Positions 29,401 through 36,463 of a DNA stretch of 59,808 nt are shown piece after piece. This DNA comes from a virus. Taxonomy: Duplodnaviria > Caudoviricetes. The stretch covers positions 1-59,808 of IMG/VR virus record IMGVR_UViG_3300044638_005822. One strand, written 5' to 3'. How positions within the stretch are numbered: position 1 is the first letter of the stretch; each line of letters begins with the position of its first letter. The notes beneath the pieces were generated by a model. That model saw only the letters and a program-made list of their open reading frames with translations, made no database searches and had not been told where the DNA came from. The position numbers were made by a program, and so were the translations under genes.

Positions 29401-31078
29401 TGTGGAAAACTCCCATCACTGCGTTTTGCAGCGCGAACGCGGTGAACGTGCCGGGGGCTTCGTCTGCGATTGCCTTGAAATCTATGGGCTTGTTGTGAAC
29501 CGCCAAATCGTAAAGCCCTTCCGCGAAAGTAACGGCGGCAGCATCCTTCACTGCCTTTCCGGTCATCGCCATCAGGATGCCCTTGGCGGGCTTGAGTATC
29601 CCCATCGCTCCACCGGCGATGAAGGAACGAACGCCCTCGTCAATCGGGTTCACGTCCTTGTTGCCCTCGACGTACCGCTGCTGAACGCCGCTGCTGAATC
29701 CAGCGCGCCCCATTGCGACACCGCTCTGTAATGCGCTCTCCCATCTAGCCGCGGCGGTTCCTGGCTCTAGCGACACCTTGGCTGTTTGCGCCATCTTGCC
29801 GACGGTGGTGAGCGCGGGCGGGGTTTTCTGGAACATTGACACAAGAAACGGCACGAACGATCCGACCTGCGCCCAACCAGGGTGAGCACGGGCGTTGGCT
29901 TCACGTTGCGCCTGATCCACTTGCCCAAAGACCTTGTTCTGCAACCATAGCGCCGCCGATCCGCCGCTGGCCCCGCCGACCATTGCGGTGGAAACGTCGC
30001 CCTTTGACGCAGCCGCGCCAATGGCGGTTCCCGCTGCGGTGCCAAGTGCCGGCAGAATAGCGGAGCCGAACTCCTTCACAGCCGTCACAAGACCTCCCTG
30101 CGCCTTGGGTCGTGAGGCGAACTCCTTGTCCATCTCCACTCCTGACGGAATCAGTCTTGCTGCTTCTTCGGATGTCAGAAGCCCCATGCGTTCAGCCGCC
30201 AACATCGTTTCTTCGGCTTTGCCCTCCTCCGGCTCGATGTTGAGCATTCCATTTGTCCGAACAACCCTGAACGGCAATTTTCGGCCTTTAGGATTCCCCG
30301 CACTGCTCTGGGTGGATTCAAGCTCGGCGAGTTTTGCGTTCCTACGATACGCAATGGTGGCCTCCCGCTCCGCTGCCGCTACGCCAGCCGCATCCTCGCC
30401 TTTGCTGAATGCATAATCGCGGGCGTCTAGTTTTGCGCGTTCTTCACCAGCTACCTCACTGCGATACAGCAGATCGTTCGCAAGCGGTTCCTTACCCTTG
30501 CTTCTGGCGAAATCCCTGGCTGATAATTTCTCAGCTTGGCTTGCCGTAAGATCATAGCGATCCTTCCAGAATTCCTCCGCGCTGGGCGTCCAGTCGAGCG
30601 GCTGCACGCCGATGGATGGTTTACCCTGCTCGCCATCCAGCTTCATCACGCCAGATCCGCGTGTCTGCGCGCTCATACCGCCTGCGACCTCTAGGCTTCG
30701 CTTTACGACGCCACTCACTTGTTCCGGTGTGACCTTCTGCCGCTCGGTGAAGACCTGCATGGACTTGTCCGCCGCAGCCCTGCGACGCTTTTCATCGGCG
30801 TCCCTACTGTTGTGCTCTGCCATCTTCCCCTGAAGAAATGCCGTCGTGCTGTTGTAAAACGAATCCGCTTCGGCTGCATCCAGTGACGATTCGGCGCTCG
30901 CGAAGGCTTCGTCGAAAACCTCCGCAGTGCGATCTAGATACTTCTGGCGAGTCGGCGCGTCTGCATTTTTCCAGTCGTCGGATGCGTAGAATTGATCCGC
31001 TTCGAGGGCCAAACTTTTCAACTCATCACGCGGATGCGGAGTCGGCGCGATCTCGGATGCGGCGGAAGCGGTAGGCAT
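20462..31078 (-). CDS. Giant internal virion/ejection protein, polyvalent type with zincin-like metallopeptidase motif
   Basis: 3538 aa uninterrupted ORF; GKIYINAAAI...FMHEAAGHGG...VSETLA, RFSL linker, long A/E/K/R helical regions. Confidence 0.75.
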   Translation of the reverse strand: MPTASAASEIAPTPHPRDELKSLALEADQFYASDDWKNADAPTRQKYLDRTAEVFDEAFASAESSLDAAEADSFYNSTTAFLQGKMAEHNSRDADEKRRRAAADKSMQVFTERQKVTPEQVSGVVKRSLEVAGGMSAQTRGSGVMKLDGEQGKPSIGVQPLDWTPSAEEFWKDRYDLTASQAEKLSARDFARSKGKEPLANDLLYRSEVAGEERAKLDARDYAFSKGEDAAGVAAAEREATIAYRRNAKLAELESTQSSAGNPKGRKLPFRVVRTNGMLNIEPEEGKAEETMLAAERMGLLTSEEAARLIPSGVEMDKEFASRPKAQGGLVTAVKEFGSAILPALGTAAGTAIGAAASKGDVSTAMVGGASGGSAALWLQNKVFGQVDQAQREANARAHPGWAQVGSFVPFLVSMFQKTPPALTTVGKMAQTAKVSLEPGTAAARWESALQSGVAMGRAGFSSGVQQRYVEGNKDVNPIDEGVRSFIAGGAMGILKPAKGILMAMTGKAVKDAAAVTFAEGLYDLAVHNKPIDFKAIADEAPGTFTAFALQNAVMGVFHKFQHRREMAKMAGKSAAAANTAAAEAAEAQAKRFRKDGFIESAIASEALAETHRRAAKQDEKAATEQYWQDVAKAQKRAVEHTQANEGPLTERAAYGRTGDVYDAFGNVQRKPPADGGGPGVTFQGQPLARAQSDAGLVSAEGAQDAKTPLYDAFGNVQRKVGEPKNEKAQSVPSVQKADESVRLPQKEVAPAAPSPEPVTPAAAKPVNHLSLLPNLSDKEIAALSPEQRRERMVILNAAVVYQKHLLSQIEEWPRKDWTNEQHRSHATFVTKLNEANNALADMRNNPPPAKIDLTESQKLKIGKAQAVPVRSGEFPQPGYTEQQPAAAPQAAKPVEQMTPEEYFTNELKRRSVVTLLPIKDVIANDPKPSDSAARKSWAEKLTQKLASAISDRSDIPADWLSNYPLNREDVLALGYLKQGDKYVFRAGKKGVDVTPNIFKLSPQKYYETLSLDELKALREKGDTSRERGFIEDIRQRDMDALTERTRTAALSEQIQAVKTAIANERPVSVALAKAIEMPMETTGWTQRGDLWHPPEAKPTPQAPAKTQRAMSNSEIEGVRKAQMPVIEDATSGIKERYESALGKKLTGDQVFDIAVKITKGIHQKGGRANIQDILDSARKDQIISANAAAATAPAAAPAVPQAEGGIFGYSWADIRSKQQGGTLAALIRGNAPKATESDFAVLEKHGMDWLYDNVKVGIIDRLGLPVDRPSRKAVEAKPPAQSFTEKVRAKIVPGAKVSVQLVRGAKLAHPAIVRDVFLDSKGKPESVSVTFDGGKKKGITQTVPYGNVSLRPGVESRMLTNEQFEGMTKEEARKTRAAAAEFKKLVIEYPELGFYSGHLEAVAAGAQGEAAIKKARADAYVEAMIALGVHPDKADARDAVTQASLVEKMRELTKKPGMERKQYADFQEAKEEGDGEIKAGDLKYGKTINIGGEEMRVIDIDKDGVVTLQDGEKFGTQEVHPDESLMIKGEAPELAPTAPVAAKPETPTINVLKYNDSTKITGTADGGLYATVRTIKRKSGQMAYEVKGYSKAEGQHPDLEQTYEARGEQEAIDAAKEIARREIAKQTPEPATPKLRPSDGKGTGELLQGEAAPFNLVAETAADIAKREAREAAEQVAKEAKDAAEAKAKQDKEQGNLFDEDPFAIADAAPTTSLPVASVQRAVRVVAERLAGAMPHEVIADGSAFPDRVKEVFLERYGASGDLNRIRGAVVGGKIYINAAAIENPRQAIETFMHEAAGHGGVDALLQAFGEKATTQLDAMLKRLFPDEHAAVKRSYPSREQVSETLAKIMEGVGPEMSAQHRTRWQRVVDWLRNALNKLGVKQWSKNDVMALLRRGVDAVRKQRARAADVNTLSGSELTYAAREAGVVLTPEQTMYVINRDPAVTADVRARVSEARGDGPKMSAKDEQVPPDIQAVREKLYTEQQKRAGRSFTPTAPSVRYPTEAELRPTSETLKMGELQRKKVENLKAGDVVNYADAERTVSSVRKQENGASYWVDFTDGNSVKFSHGIELPIRKTGTLRDEARKGIRKTQGSEAAPEAGALSGEIEQGLSIVSDEDTGNLRFRSGAESMGARQGDVSDRTGGGSESPEAEQAGSRRAKPDYRKDRQTWRARPIGVDSFATASDYIQWVQGGRLIDRAGNPIRPDTSDIRFSLKDENPEATSTTKKAVMDKEREVAMLQGSADKLLQDIRKSGRPPTVEEMQQIAAIDSLIAKRQAEIQAEASNVAQGATPPEINIADPNAEPPDREETGESGPRTYGGKFDSMDAQRAERGLPPLARRFRKANRVLWDAAVKRFETEPKWADRLVDEISSGEKTVLTDEEFAGVFAQQIDLHNKRQEAADRARDPNLSEEEQRDALDQFQYYEKKLQASEILKGMAGSEAGAALQSLKLMANEDFSLAAMEARERKAKQSSLTLEEVDRIRDEATRIAKAQADLDARKAATEAAERIANAEAKIAEWSKIPSRVLEYAKQKVNEWVSAGNAASERLRARAGQVNVGVDPTILGDIFLFARGKIAQGMESFGNFAASTASEFGEWVRPYLKPAWDKAMKYLNTNQPGRKVSSKQKARQQAATKDAASIEDGIRAMAEEGLPDDMGRYVKQLANEYVKSGATTVKGVMARLHAFLDPVMGNPTDDVLLDLWTDYGKGKAATEDALKRLQSQIRQEALIVRQIIDAEAALVRSQAGEDVGDYLKLTGQQRVPVRDQARALAQQLNELKKKIPPPQGTAESRRQSALDALEKRTRNRIKDLRFEIAKGERTIKNRGVTPTSPNLEALRAELATVEAEHLAVFGRREATPEQKLKSAIKSAERAEQKALAELEAAKRGVFTRPVQKGAETRNEVLVIRARADAARAETQALKELASPPLSDAQKRLDAALVARERWEQMLAGEQQPTSRQPQESLTQLEEDARMEIAAMRELAAQIRRDAKPATDPDDAKVRALEAAAAEYERRVNESDFTAKSKTTTVDSARVAQARALRDAALAAYNAAKNAAGVTEQTKIANRKAAMLRQIADLTDRLAKSDFEKRPPRPPVDLSKDPEAVRIASDLQEIKSNYAKRLLHYIKERRGGYEKFTDAMWTAITAERSLMGSGDLSAPRQGIRMAYSHPIMAAKAIWRSIRTIFSQKQAVSYEAERKLRPNYALYKPMKIQMPSVEAEAHDRMAEEGVRSNIEDWADIKLSGNPLLVLPKLVPKLLGHYVRASSRTFTTFLNELAADVADYRINELRDKPMSKIEKEALGDMINSGRGRGLKAGAGKLAQFVFYSANFLAARAKNLSGYHIWRRNSSMRIRKIALKEQFRAIAGWMVVSAISRYFYGDTGDDEDMFDKAKRLFKMKVTDSDARMEYDYTGGEVKLARIGAALIEGISTTIHAMRSGQEEADKQRAFKSYATIGREIRSISAPWVGVATDLFTGSNYDGKVPTVPSIARDLTVPLAWRSADEFFERAGFAKTVVAKLQEAIGVGVSVTRDKTAPKERRYSR

Positions 31079-31089
31079 TGGATTGATGA

Positions 31090-32616
31090 TTACGCCGCGG
31101 TGCTTGACGAGTCAATGCTTACGACGGCTTCGGAGGCTGCTTTTTTAAGCGGCGTTCTGGCACCGTACGGATCAACCGTCACGGCGACGGGTTCGCCATC
31201 CTCGTCTTGATCGAACTCAATCGTGCTGCCGTCCGCAACGTAACCGCCAGATGCGGCTGCTGCATCTTTGTCGTAGCCGAGCGATTGAAGCGTCTGGCTC
31301 ATGGATTCCGATGCTGCATTGAACTCGGCACTCAGTGCCGGGTCGGAATCAATTTCTTCACGCCTGCCCGAAAAGCGCGAAAAGTCGCTCGCGGATGCGG
31401 TGAGAGTGTCCATGTCTGGCGCGGCTGACGCCTGCGGCTGCGATGCCGGTTCCTTGAGGCGATCCAAGAAGGTCTTCCGCTTCGTGGGCACGGGCGCTGT
31501 CGGCGTGGCGGACGCGGGTGGCGCTCCGGTCTTTGATGACGCGGGAATGATGGGCGCTGCGCCTGTTGCTGACGGCGCTGTGGGCTGCTCTGGCTGCTTT
31601 CCGGGAGTCTTGTCGGGCACGGGTGGGGCGGTGGCTTTCTCGGGTGTTGGCTGATCGGGAGTCTCGTCGTAGATGGTGTCCAGCAGCCGGTCGCGCTCTG
31701 CACGTATCCGCCGCTTCTCTTCTGCGATCTTCTCCTTGGACTTCCCTTTCGTCTTGGTTGTGTTGTCCAAGTCGTCCAAGTCAATGTTTAGGGCTTTCAC
31801 CCTCTCCTTTGCGACAAACCGACGCGCTGCGGCGTCCGCCTTCTCCTTCGCTGCGGCGGCTGCGGCAGCGGCCTTCTCGGGATTGACCTGCGGAATCACT
31901 GGCACGCTTTTCCTGTATTGCACCTCTCCGCCCGCACCCAAGCTGACTGACTCACCCGGAAGCGTGGCGAGCTTGCGCGCTTCCTCAACGCGCTTCTTGA
32001 GGACCGCCTGCTCTACTGCGAAAGAATCGATCTGCACAAACCTCCCCGTCCTGCGGTCGTATGAGGCCATGTCGCGGAGTTCTTCAAACCCAAGGGCTTC
32101 TTCCGCCTTCCTGTATTTATCCTGTAACTTGCCTGGGATATACTCGATTCCGTGCGGGCCGAACTTCATTCCAGCGTCGGCCATTTTGATGGATGCGATG
32201 AGATGCCCCTTGTCCGTCACCGAGATATTCGGGTATCTGGCATTCACCGCTGACAAGTGTGAAGGGAAGTCAGGATCGAACACGTTCAACCCATGAATGG
32301 CGATCCGGTATGCCGGTTCCTCGCGATCCTGCGCGAAGGCTTTTTCCCGCTTTAAGAGAGCGTCTGTTTCCGCGCTAACCCGTCTTTCGTTCGCTCTCTG
32401 CTGATCGATGTGCTTCTGGAGGATGCGCTGGTCAGCCCTATCCGCGTCAGCCTTGATCTGCGCGTCCCTCACTTCTTCACGGTCGCGGTCGTGCTGCTCT
32501 TTCTCAGCCCTTGCCTTGGCATCTTGGATTCTGGCTGCAAGCTGGAGCGCAGCCGGGCCTGAACCGGCACCCATTGACGCCCGAGGCAACTGAGGTTGAT
32601 TGCGAAAATTTCCCAT
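31090..32616 (-). CDS. Probable internal virion protein
   Basis: 508 aa helical then P/A/T-rich; directly upstream of the giant gene. Confidence 0.55.
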   Translation of the reverse strand: MGNFRNQPQLPRASMGAGSGPAALQLAARIQDAKARAEKEQHDRDREEVRDAQIKADADRADQRILQKHIDQQRANERRVSAETDALLKREKAFAQDREEPAYRIAIHGLNVFDPDFPSHLSAVNARYPNISVTDKGHLIASIKMADAGMKFGPHGIEYIPGKLQDKYRKAEEALGFEELRDMASYDRRTGRFVQIDSFAVEQAVLKKRVEEARKLATLPGESVSLGAGGEVQYRKSVPVIPQVNPEKAAAAAAAAKEKADAAARRFVAKERVKALNIDLDDLDNTTKTKGKSKEKIAEEKRRIRAERDRLLDTIYDETPDQPTPEKATAPPVPDKTPGKQPEQPTAPSATGAAPIIPASSKTGAPPASATPTAPVPTKRKTFLDRLKEPASQPQASAAPDMDTLTASASDFSRFSGRREEIDSDPALSAEFNAASESMSQTLQSLGYDKDAAAASGGYVADGSTIEFDQDEDGEPVAVTVDPYGARTPLKKAASEAVVSIDSSSTAA

Positions 32617-32619
32617 AGG

Positions 32620-33972
32620 TCAAGACTTGTTGAGCGCCTTCGTTACGTCTTCCAGTGTAGGTGGCGGGACACCCGGAGGCTGCCCTGCGGCCTGATTCCC
32701 GGTTCCGACTTGCGCTGGCGGCGCGGCAGGGAGTTTGGTGGTCGTGAATCCGCTGCCGTATTGTCCGCTGACCATTCGCGCACCAGCAGGCACAGGCAGC
32801 CCCGTCATTCGATCTACGCTCGTTCCGTCTAGCGCGGCAATGTCTGCACCCACTTCCGCCGCGGTGTCAGTCGGAGTCACCCACGCCTGCGGAGCGGGGA
32901 TTCCGGCGTTCGCGCGAATCATCGCAGCCTTCTCGTCCGCCGTTGCGCTGCTCCACGCTTTTTTTGTGAGCCAGTCATCGCCTCCAAAATGTCTGTCCAG
33001 AGTCACCGATGCGGGAGCGGTAACGTCACCCCATCTTCCCTTGGGGCCAGCCTGTTGCTGGAATCGTCCATCGGCGGACACCCTGCCAACTCCTTCAATT
33101 TCGGTCCAGCCTTCGTCCTGCTTTCCGCTGCCCTTGAAAAGTTTATCCCACACTTCCGGCTTCGTAAGTCCGGTTTTCGGGTCGGTGTCTCCGCTGTACG
33201 TGCTGTAAATCCCAAGATCCCGCATCGCCTTGGGAATTGTGGCCTGATCCGCGAGTTCGGTTTGCGATGCGCTGCTGATCCAGTTTGGCGGCGGCGGCCT
33301 TCCGTGGCGCGCTTCGTACTTCGCCTTGGCTTCCTCGTATTTCGTCCACTGAGGTTTGCCGCGATCACCCTCGTCCTGCTTCTCTTTTGCTGTTCTGGCG
33401 TCGAGCTTTTTTTGATCGATTACCTCTTTTGCTGCTTTGGCTTTTCTTATCGGTCCTTCCGATGCTGTCTTTACGGCTCCGGCAACAACGCTGCCAATTT
33501 TAGCCGCATTGCCGCCCTCAGCGGGATTTTGGGGCACATCAGGCGCGGCGGCGGCTGGCACGGGCGGCGGAACTGGCGCTGGCGGCCTGTTCCTGAACTC
33601 CCTGCTACCCTTTCCGCTCACGATGTAACTTTGCGCAGCGGCTGGCGCTGGTGGGGCGCTGGCTGGCTGATTCCCTTCCATGTATTGCGCCGCGCCTTGC
33701 GTGGTATCTACTGCCTGCGACGGTGGCATCGCTGGCTTGACTGACGGCTGCGCCGACTGCTTCACGAGCGCGGTCTTGCTGGCCAAATCCGCCGACACGT
33801 CGTCGATCTCGCCTGTGTTTGCCAGCTTGTTCTTGACCTGATACTCCCTGATCGCGCTCACAGTTGCCCAATTCTTTATTCCGCTAATGTCCCCCTTGTA
33901 AAAGCCCTGTTCTTTCAGGAGCTTTTGCACCGCTTTGACTGATTCAGGTGATGGTTTTTTCTTTTCAGCCAT
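32620..33972 (-). CDS. Virion protein with N-terminal peptidoglycan-binding domain
   Basis: VKAVQKLLKEQGFYKGDISGIKNWATVSAIREYQVKNKLANTGEID fits the PG_binding_1 pattern; P/A-rich linker. Confidence 0.75.
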   Translation of the reverse strand: MAEKKKPSPESVKAVQKLLKEQGFYKGDISGIKNWATVSAIREYQVKNKLANTGEIDDVSADLASKTALVKQSAQPSVKPAMPPSQAVDTTQGAAQYMEGNQPASAPPAPAAAQSYIVSGKGSREFRNRPPAPVPPPVPAAAAPDVPQNPAEGGNAAKIGSVVAGAVKTASEGPIRKAKAAKEVIDQKKLDARTAKEKQDEGDRGKPQWTKYEEAKAKYEARHGRPPPPNWISSASQTELADQATIPKAMRDLGIYSTYSGDTDPKTGLTKPEVWDKLFKGSGKQDEGWTEIEGVGRVSADGRFQQQAGPKGRWGDVTAPASVTLDRHFGGDDWLTKKAWSSATADEKAAMIRANAGIPAPQAWVTPTDTAAEVGADIAALDGTSVDRMTGLPVPAGARMVSGQYGSGFTTTKLPAAPPAQVGTGNQAAGQPPGVPPPTLEDVTKALNKS

Positions 33973-33975
33973 GAC

Positions 33976-34974
33976 TTAAAATGTCTGGTAGCTCGGCGTC
34001 TCGATCTCGTCGAGGTTGATGATCGGCGGTGGACGCTGGCTGGTCGGGTAGAACTTCACCGCCTGACGGCTCAGTATATCCATCGCCTTCGCCATCGTGC
34101 GGTCGCTCCGCTCGTCGTCGTTCGCATCCCGATACCAGATGGACAGCACGCCGTAGTAGAGCGCCCCAAAGTGATCCACGCACAGCTTGTCGTTGTCCAG
34201 CACGGCCTCAACGTAACGGCGACGGCACAGCGTCGTAATGGTCTGCGTCGTGTCGCCAGTGGGCGGCTTCGGCACGCGATACCTGCGGTAGTTCGGCGTG
34301 CGTTCGCTCGGTTCGTACGACGCGATCAGGTGCTCGGTGGAGTCGTCAGGGTCAATCGCATACACCGTGATGATGCCGGACGTGATCGGCTTGACCACCT
34401 GAGTAATTCGCGCAAAGGAAGCGGTGGTGGTGGCGTTGCCGCTGCTCGCGAGAAGGTCGAGAGCTTCACCGCTTCGGATGGCGGTCGCTCCACTGGTTCG
34501 GATGATTTCTCCGTCTGCGTCAAGTCCATAAAATTCGATGATGCTCTCATACGTCTCCGCGCCGCTCTGCGCATCGGTGTACACCTTCAACCGGCATCCG
34601 GCTGCGTTGACCTGCGACGGCTCGCGGAAGCAGCACCAGCCGTCTCCCATGTCCGCAACTTCGCCGTCAAGTGCTCCGTCGTCGGTTTCCAGCTTTGAAC
34701 CAGGGCCAGCAAGCGAGAACTCGAACCAGCCCGAGCGGATAATCAGCGGGAACTTGCTACGCAGGATGCCCTCGCAACAGGCGTACCCGCGAGGAAGTGT
34801 CAGCGTTTGGTCGTATGCCGTGATGCCTACGCGGTCGAGGCTGTCTTTTGGCTTCGTCATCACGTCCATGATTTCACAAGCCTCATTTACGAGGCCGCGG
34901 AGCGTGGCAGGATCTACCGCCGAAAAAGACGGTTTGCGCTGGAGTTGAAAAACTGCGTTGGCAAGGGTGAGCAA
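33976..34974 (-). CDS. Head-tail adaptor / tail tubular protein-like
   Basis: 332 aa, helical ends (LVNEACE; ALYYGVLSIW) around a beta-rich core; first gene of the ejection-protein operon. Confidence 0.5.
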   Translation of the reverse strand: MLTLANAVFQLQRKPSFSAVDPATLRGLVNEACEIMDVMTKPKDSLDRVGITAYDQTLTLPRGYACCEGILRSKFPLIIRSGWFEFSLAGPGSKLETDDGALDGEVADMGDGWCCFREPSQVNAAGCRLKVYTDAQSGAETYESIIEFYGLDADGEIIRTSGATAIRSGEALDLLASSGNATTTASFARITQVVKPITSGIITVYAIDPDDSTEHLIASYEPSERTPNYRRYRVPKPPTGDTTQTITTLCRRRYVEAVLDNDKLCVDHFGALYYGVLSIWYRDANDDERSDRTMAKAMDILSRQAVKFYPTSQRPPPIINLDEIETPSYQTF

Positions 34975-35096
34975 GTTCGACGAATGAGCATTCGACAGAC
35001 GCGCGGTGGTCGAGGTTTTGCAGCGTTGCGCGGAGATTTTCAGAACACGCGAGGCTTGTCAAGGGATTTTGTTTGACTCTCAGCATGAAACACTGA

Positions 35097-35183
35097 GGGC
35101 GGCACCGTTTCCAGTGCCGCCCTTGTGTTCGCCTTGCCATGCCCAGCCCGGCCCAGCCTCGCCGTGCCGCGCCCCGCCGCGCC
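35097..35183 (-). ncRNA. GGC-NN pentamer repeat RNA, unit 4 (putative guide RNA)
   Basis: 11 GGC at exact 5-nt period (35131-35183) starting 4 nt after the RAMP stop, then hairpin GGGCGGCACUG-GAAA-CGGUGCCGCCC (35097-35122). Confidence 0.8.
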
Positions 35184-35187
35184 TAAA

Positions 35188-35748
35188 TCAAATCCACGTC
35201 ACCGTGTATCGCCCGAAGATGGGTCGGAATGTGCCGAGTCCGAGGATGCCACCCTGCGTGATCATCTTGCGCAGCGTGGCCTCGTTCAAAAGCTCGTTCT
35301 GCTGAAGCTCGAAGCGGAACGAAACGCTCCACCCGGTCGGGATCATCGGGCGCGTTTTTGGGTTCGGGATACCCTTGGGGAGTCGGGCGACGTGGTTCAT
35401 AATCTTGATGCGCGGATCGTTGCTCTTGTAGGGCTTTCCGGCTTCATCCAGAAGCGGGGAGAAAAGCGGGTCGTCACCGCCGACTGCCTCGATGTTGCAG
35501 AACGATTTAACGCCCTGCGCCACGTCCCGGCCCTGCTTGCCGTAGAAACGCTTCGCAACCGAGGGCGTGTTTTCCGCTGACAGGAGGCTGAACACGTTGA
35601 GCACGGGGATTCCACACGTCCCATGCTCGTCCGTGTACATCTTGTCCAAGTCCTCCAACTTTGTCTTGTTGTCCCCGCCGTAGCGGTCGAACATGATGGG
35701 CCGGATGCCCGTGAGCTTTGCTGTGATGATACTGTCTGAGTTGTCCAT
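35188..35748 (-). CDS. Stand-alone Cas7/RAMP-like RNA-binding protein (Vipr-like)
   Basis: 186 aa; first strand ITAKLTGIRPIMF, GIPVLNVFSLL helix, RPMIPTGWSVSFRFEL, C-terminal Gly-rich loop GGILGLGTFRPIFGRYTV; flanked by GGY-NN arrays. Confidence 0.75.
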   Translation of the reverse strand: MDNSDSIITAKLTGIRPIMFDRYGGDNKTKLEDLDKMYTDEHGTCGIPVLNVFSLLSAENTPSVAKRFYGKQGRDVAQGVKSFCNIEAVGGDDPLFSPLLDEAGKPYKSNDPRIKIMNHVARLPKGIPNPKTRPMIPTGWSVSFRFELQQNELLNEATLRKMITQGGILGLGTFRPIFGRYTVTWI

Positions 35749-36019
35749 TTTGGTTTTCTGTGATGACCTTAGTTGTTTCGTCGAGTGTCAGGTCGAACCA
35801 CTCGCCGTTCCCGCTTGGTTTTACGAGTCTGCGATGTGCCAGTTGTAGGTGTATCGCTTTTTCGAGTTGATCGGGAAATTCTGAGAATATCGTGCCGACG
35901 ATATTCAGTGCGTGCGGACTCCATACATGCGCGGCCCACAGGCGACGCTTCAAGTCGGGCGTCGTGTAGCCGATCTTGCAATGCCTGCCGTTGTGGAAAA
36001 AATAGACGTGTCCGCTCAT
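35507..36019 (-). CDS. GIY-YIG-like T5orf172/MUG113 domain protein
   Basis: GHVYFF...CKIGYT...RRL...LEKAIHLQLAHRR...NGEWFDL in the first ~80 aa; the remainder overlaps the RAMP gene out of frame. Confidence 0.75.
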   Translation of the reverse strand: MSGHVYFFHNGRHCKIGYTTPDLKRRLWAAHVWSPHALNIVGTIFSEFPDQLEKAIHLQLAHRRLVKPSGNGEWFDLTLDETTKVITENQNGQLRQYHHSKAHGHPAHHVRPLRRGQQDKVGGLGQDVHGRAWDVWNPRAQRVQPPVSGKHALGCEAFLRQAGPGRGAGR

Positions 36020-36027
36020 AAAAGTGT

Positions 36028-36153
36028 CACGCTGTTACCGCCCGCGTGTCTCGTGGTTGCCTTGCCTTGCCTCGCGCCGCCGCGCCGTGCCCTGCCGCGC
36101 CTAGCAACGCCGCGCCCAGCCGCGCATTGCCGTGCCGAGCCCGACTGTGAAAT
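36028..36153 (-). ncRNA. GGY-NN pentamer repeat RNA, unit 3
   Basis: ATTTCAC leader, 18 pentamer positions 36059-36146 (14 GGC), tail ACGAG-A-CACGC-GGGCGGTAACA-GCGTG. Confidence 0.8.
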
Positions 36154-36156
36154 CTT

Positions 36157-36248
36157 GCACCTGTTCCCGCCCGGTGCGCTCGTGTGTGCCCTGCCTCGCC
36201 GCGCCCAGCCAAGCCCAGCCACGCCTTGCCGCGCCCTGCCGTGAAATT
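36157..36248 (-). ncRNA. GGC-NN pentamer repeat RNA, unit 2
   Basis: AATTTCAC leader, 11 perfect GGC at 36188-36240, tail ACGAG-C-GCACC-GGGCGGGAACA-GGTGC. Confidence 0.8.
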
Positions 36249-36250
36249 GT

Positions 36251-36352
36251 CGCACTGTTTCCGCCCGTGCGTCTCGTTGTTGCCTGTCCTTGACTCGCCC
36301 GACCAAGCCGCGCCCTGCCCCGCCGCGCCCTGCCTCGCCACGCCATGAAATT
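36251..36352 (-). ncRNA. GGY-NN pentamer repeat RNA, unit 1
   Basis: AATTTCAT leader, 13 pentamer positions 36282-36344 (10 GGC, 1 GGT), tail ACGAG-A-CGCAC-GGGCGGAAACA-GTGCG. Confidence 0.8.
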
Positions 36353-36463
36353 GTTGAAGTTGAATGTTCATTTGAAAATCCTCCGCCCACGTTGGCGCGT
36401 GGGACGGATCGGCCAATGCCGCCGGATGGGTTGTTGCGCGCCAACGCAAGCTGAAGTGACGTG

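Noticed and set aside
36028-36352. Classical CRISPR array or simple microsatellite
   Set aside because: Conserved tails differ in their stems, the intervening parts are themselves periodic, no cas1/cas2 is present, and the dinucleotides vary freely without indels
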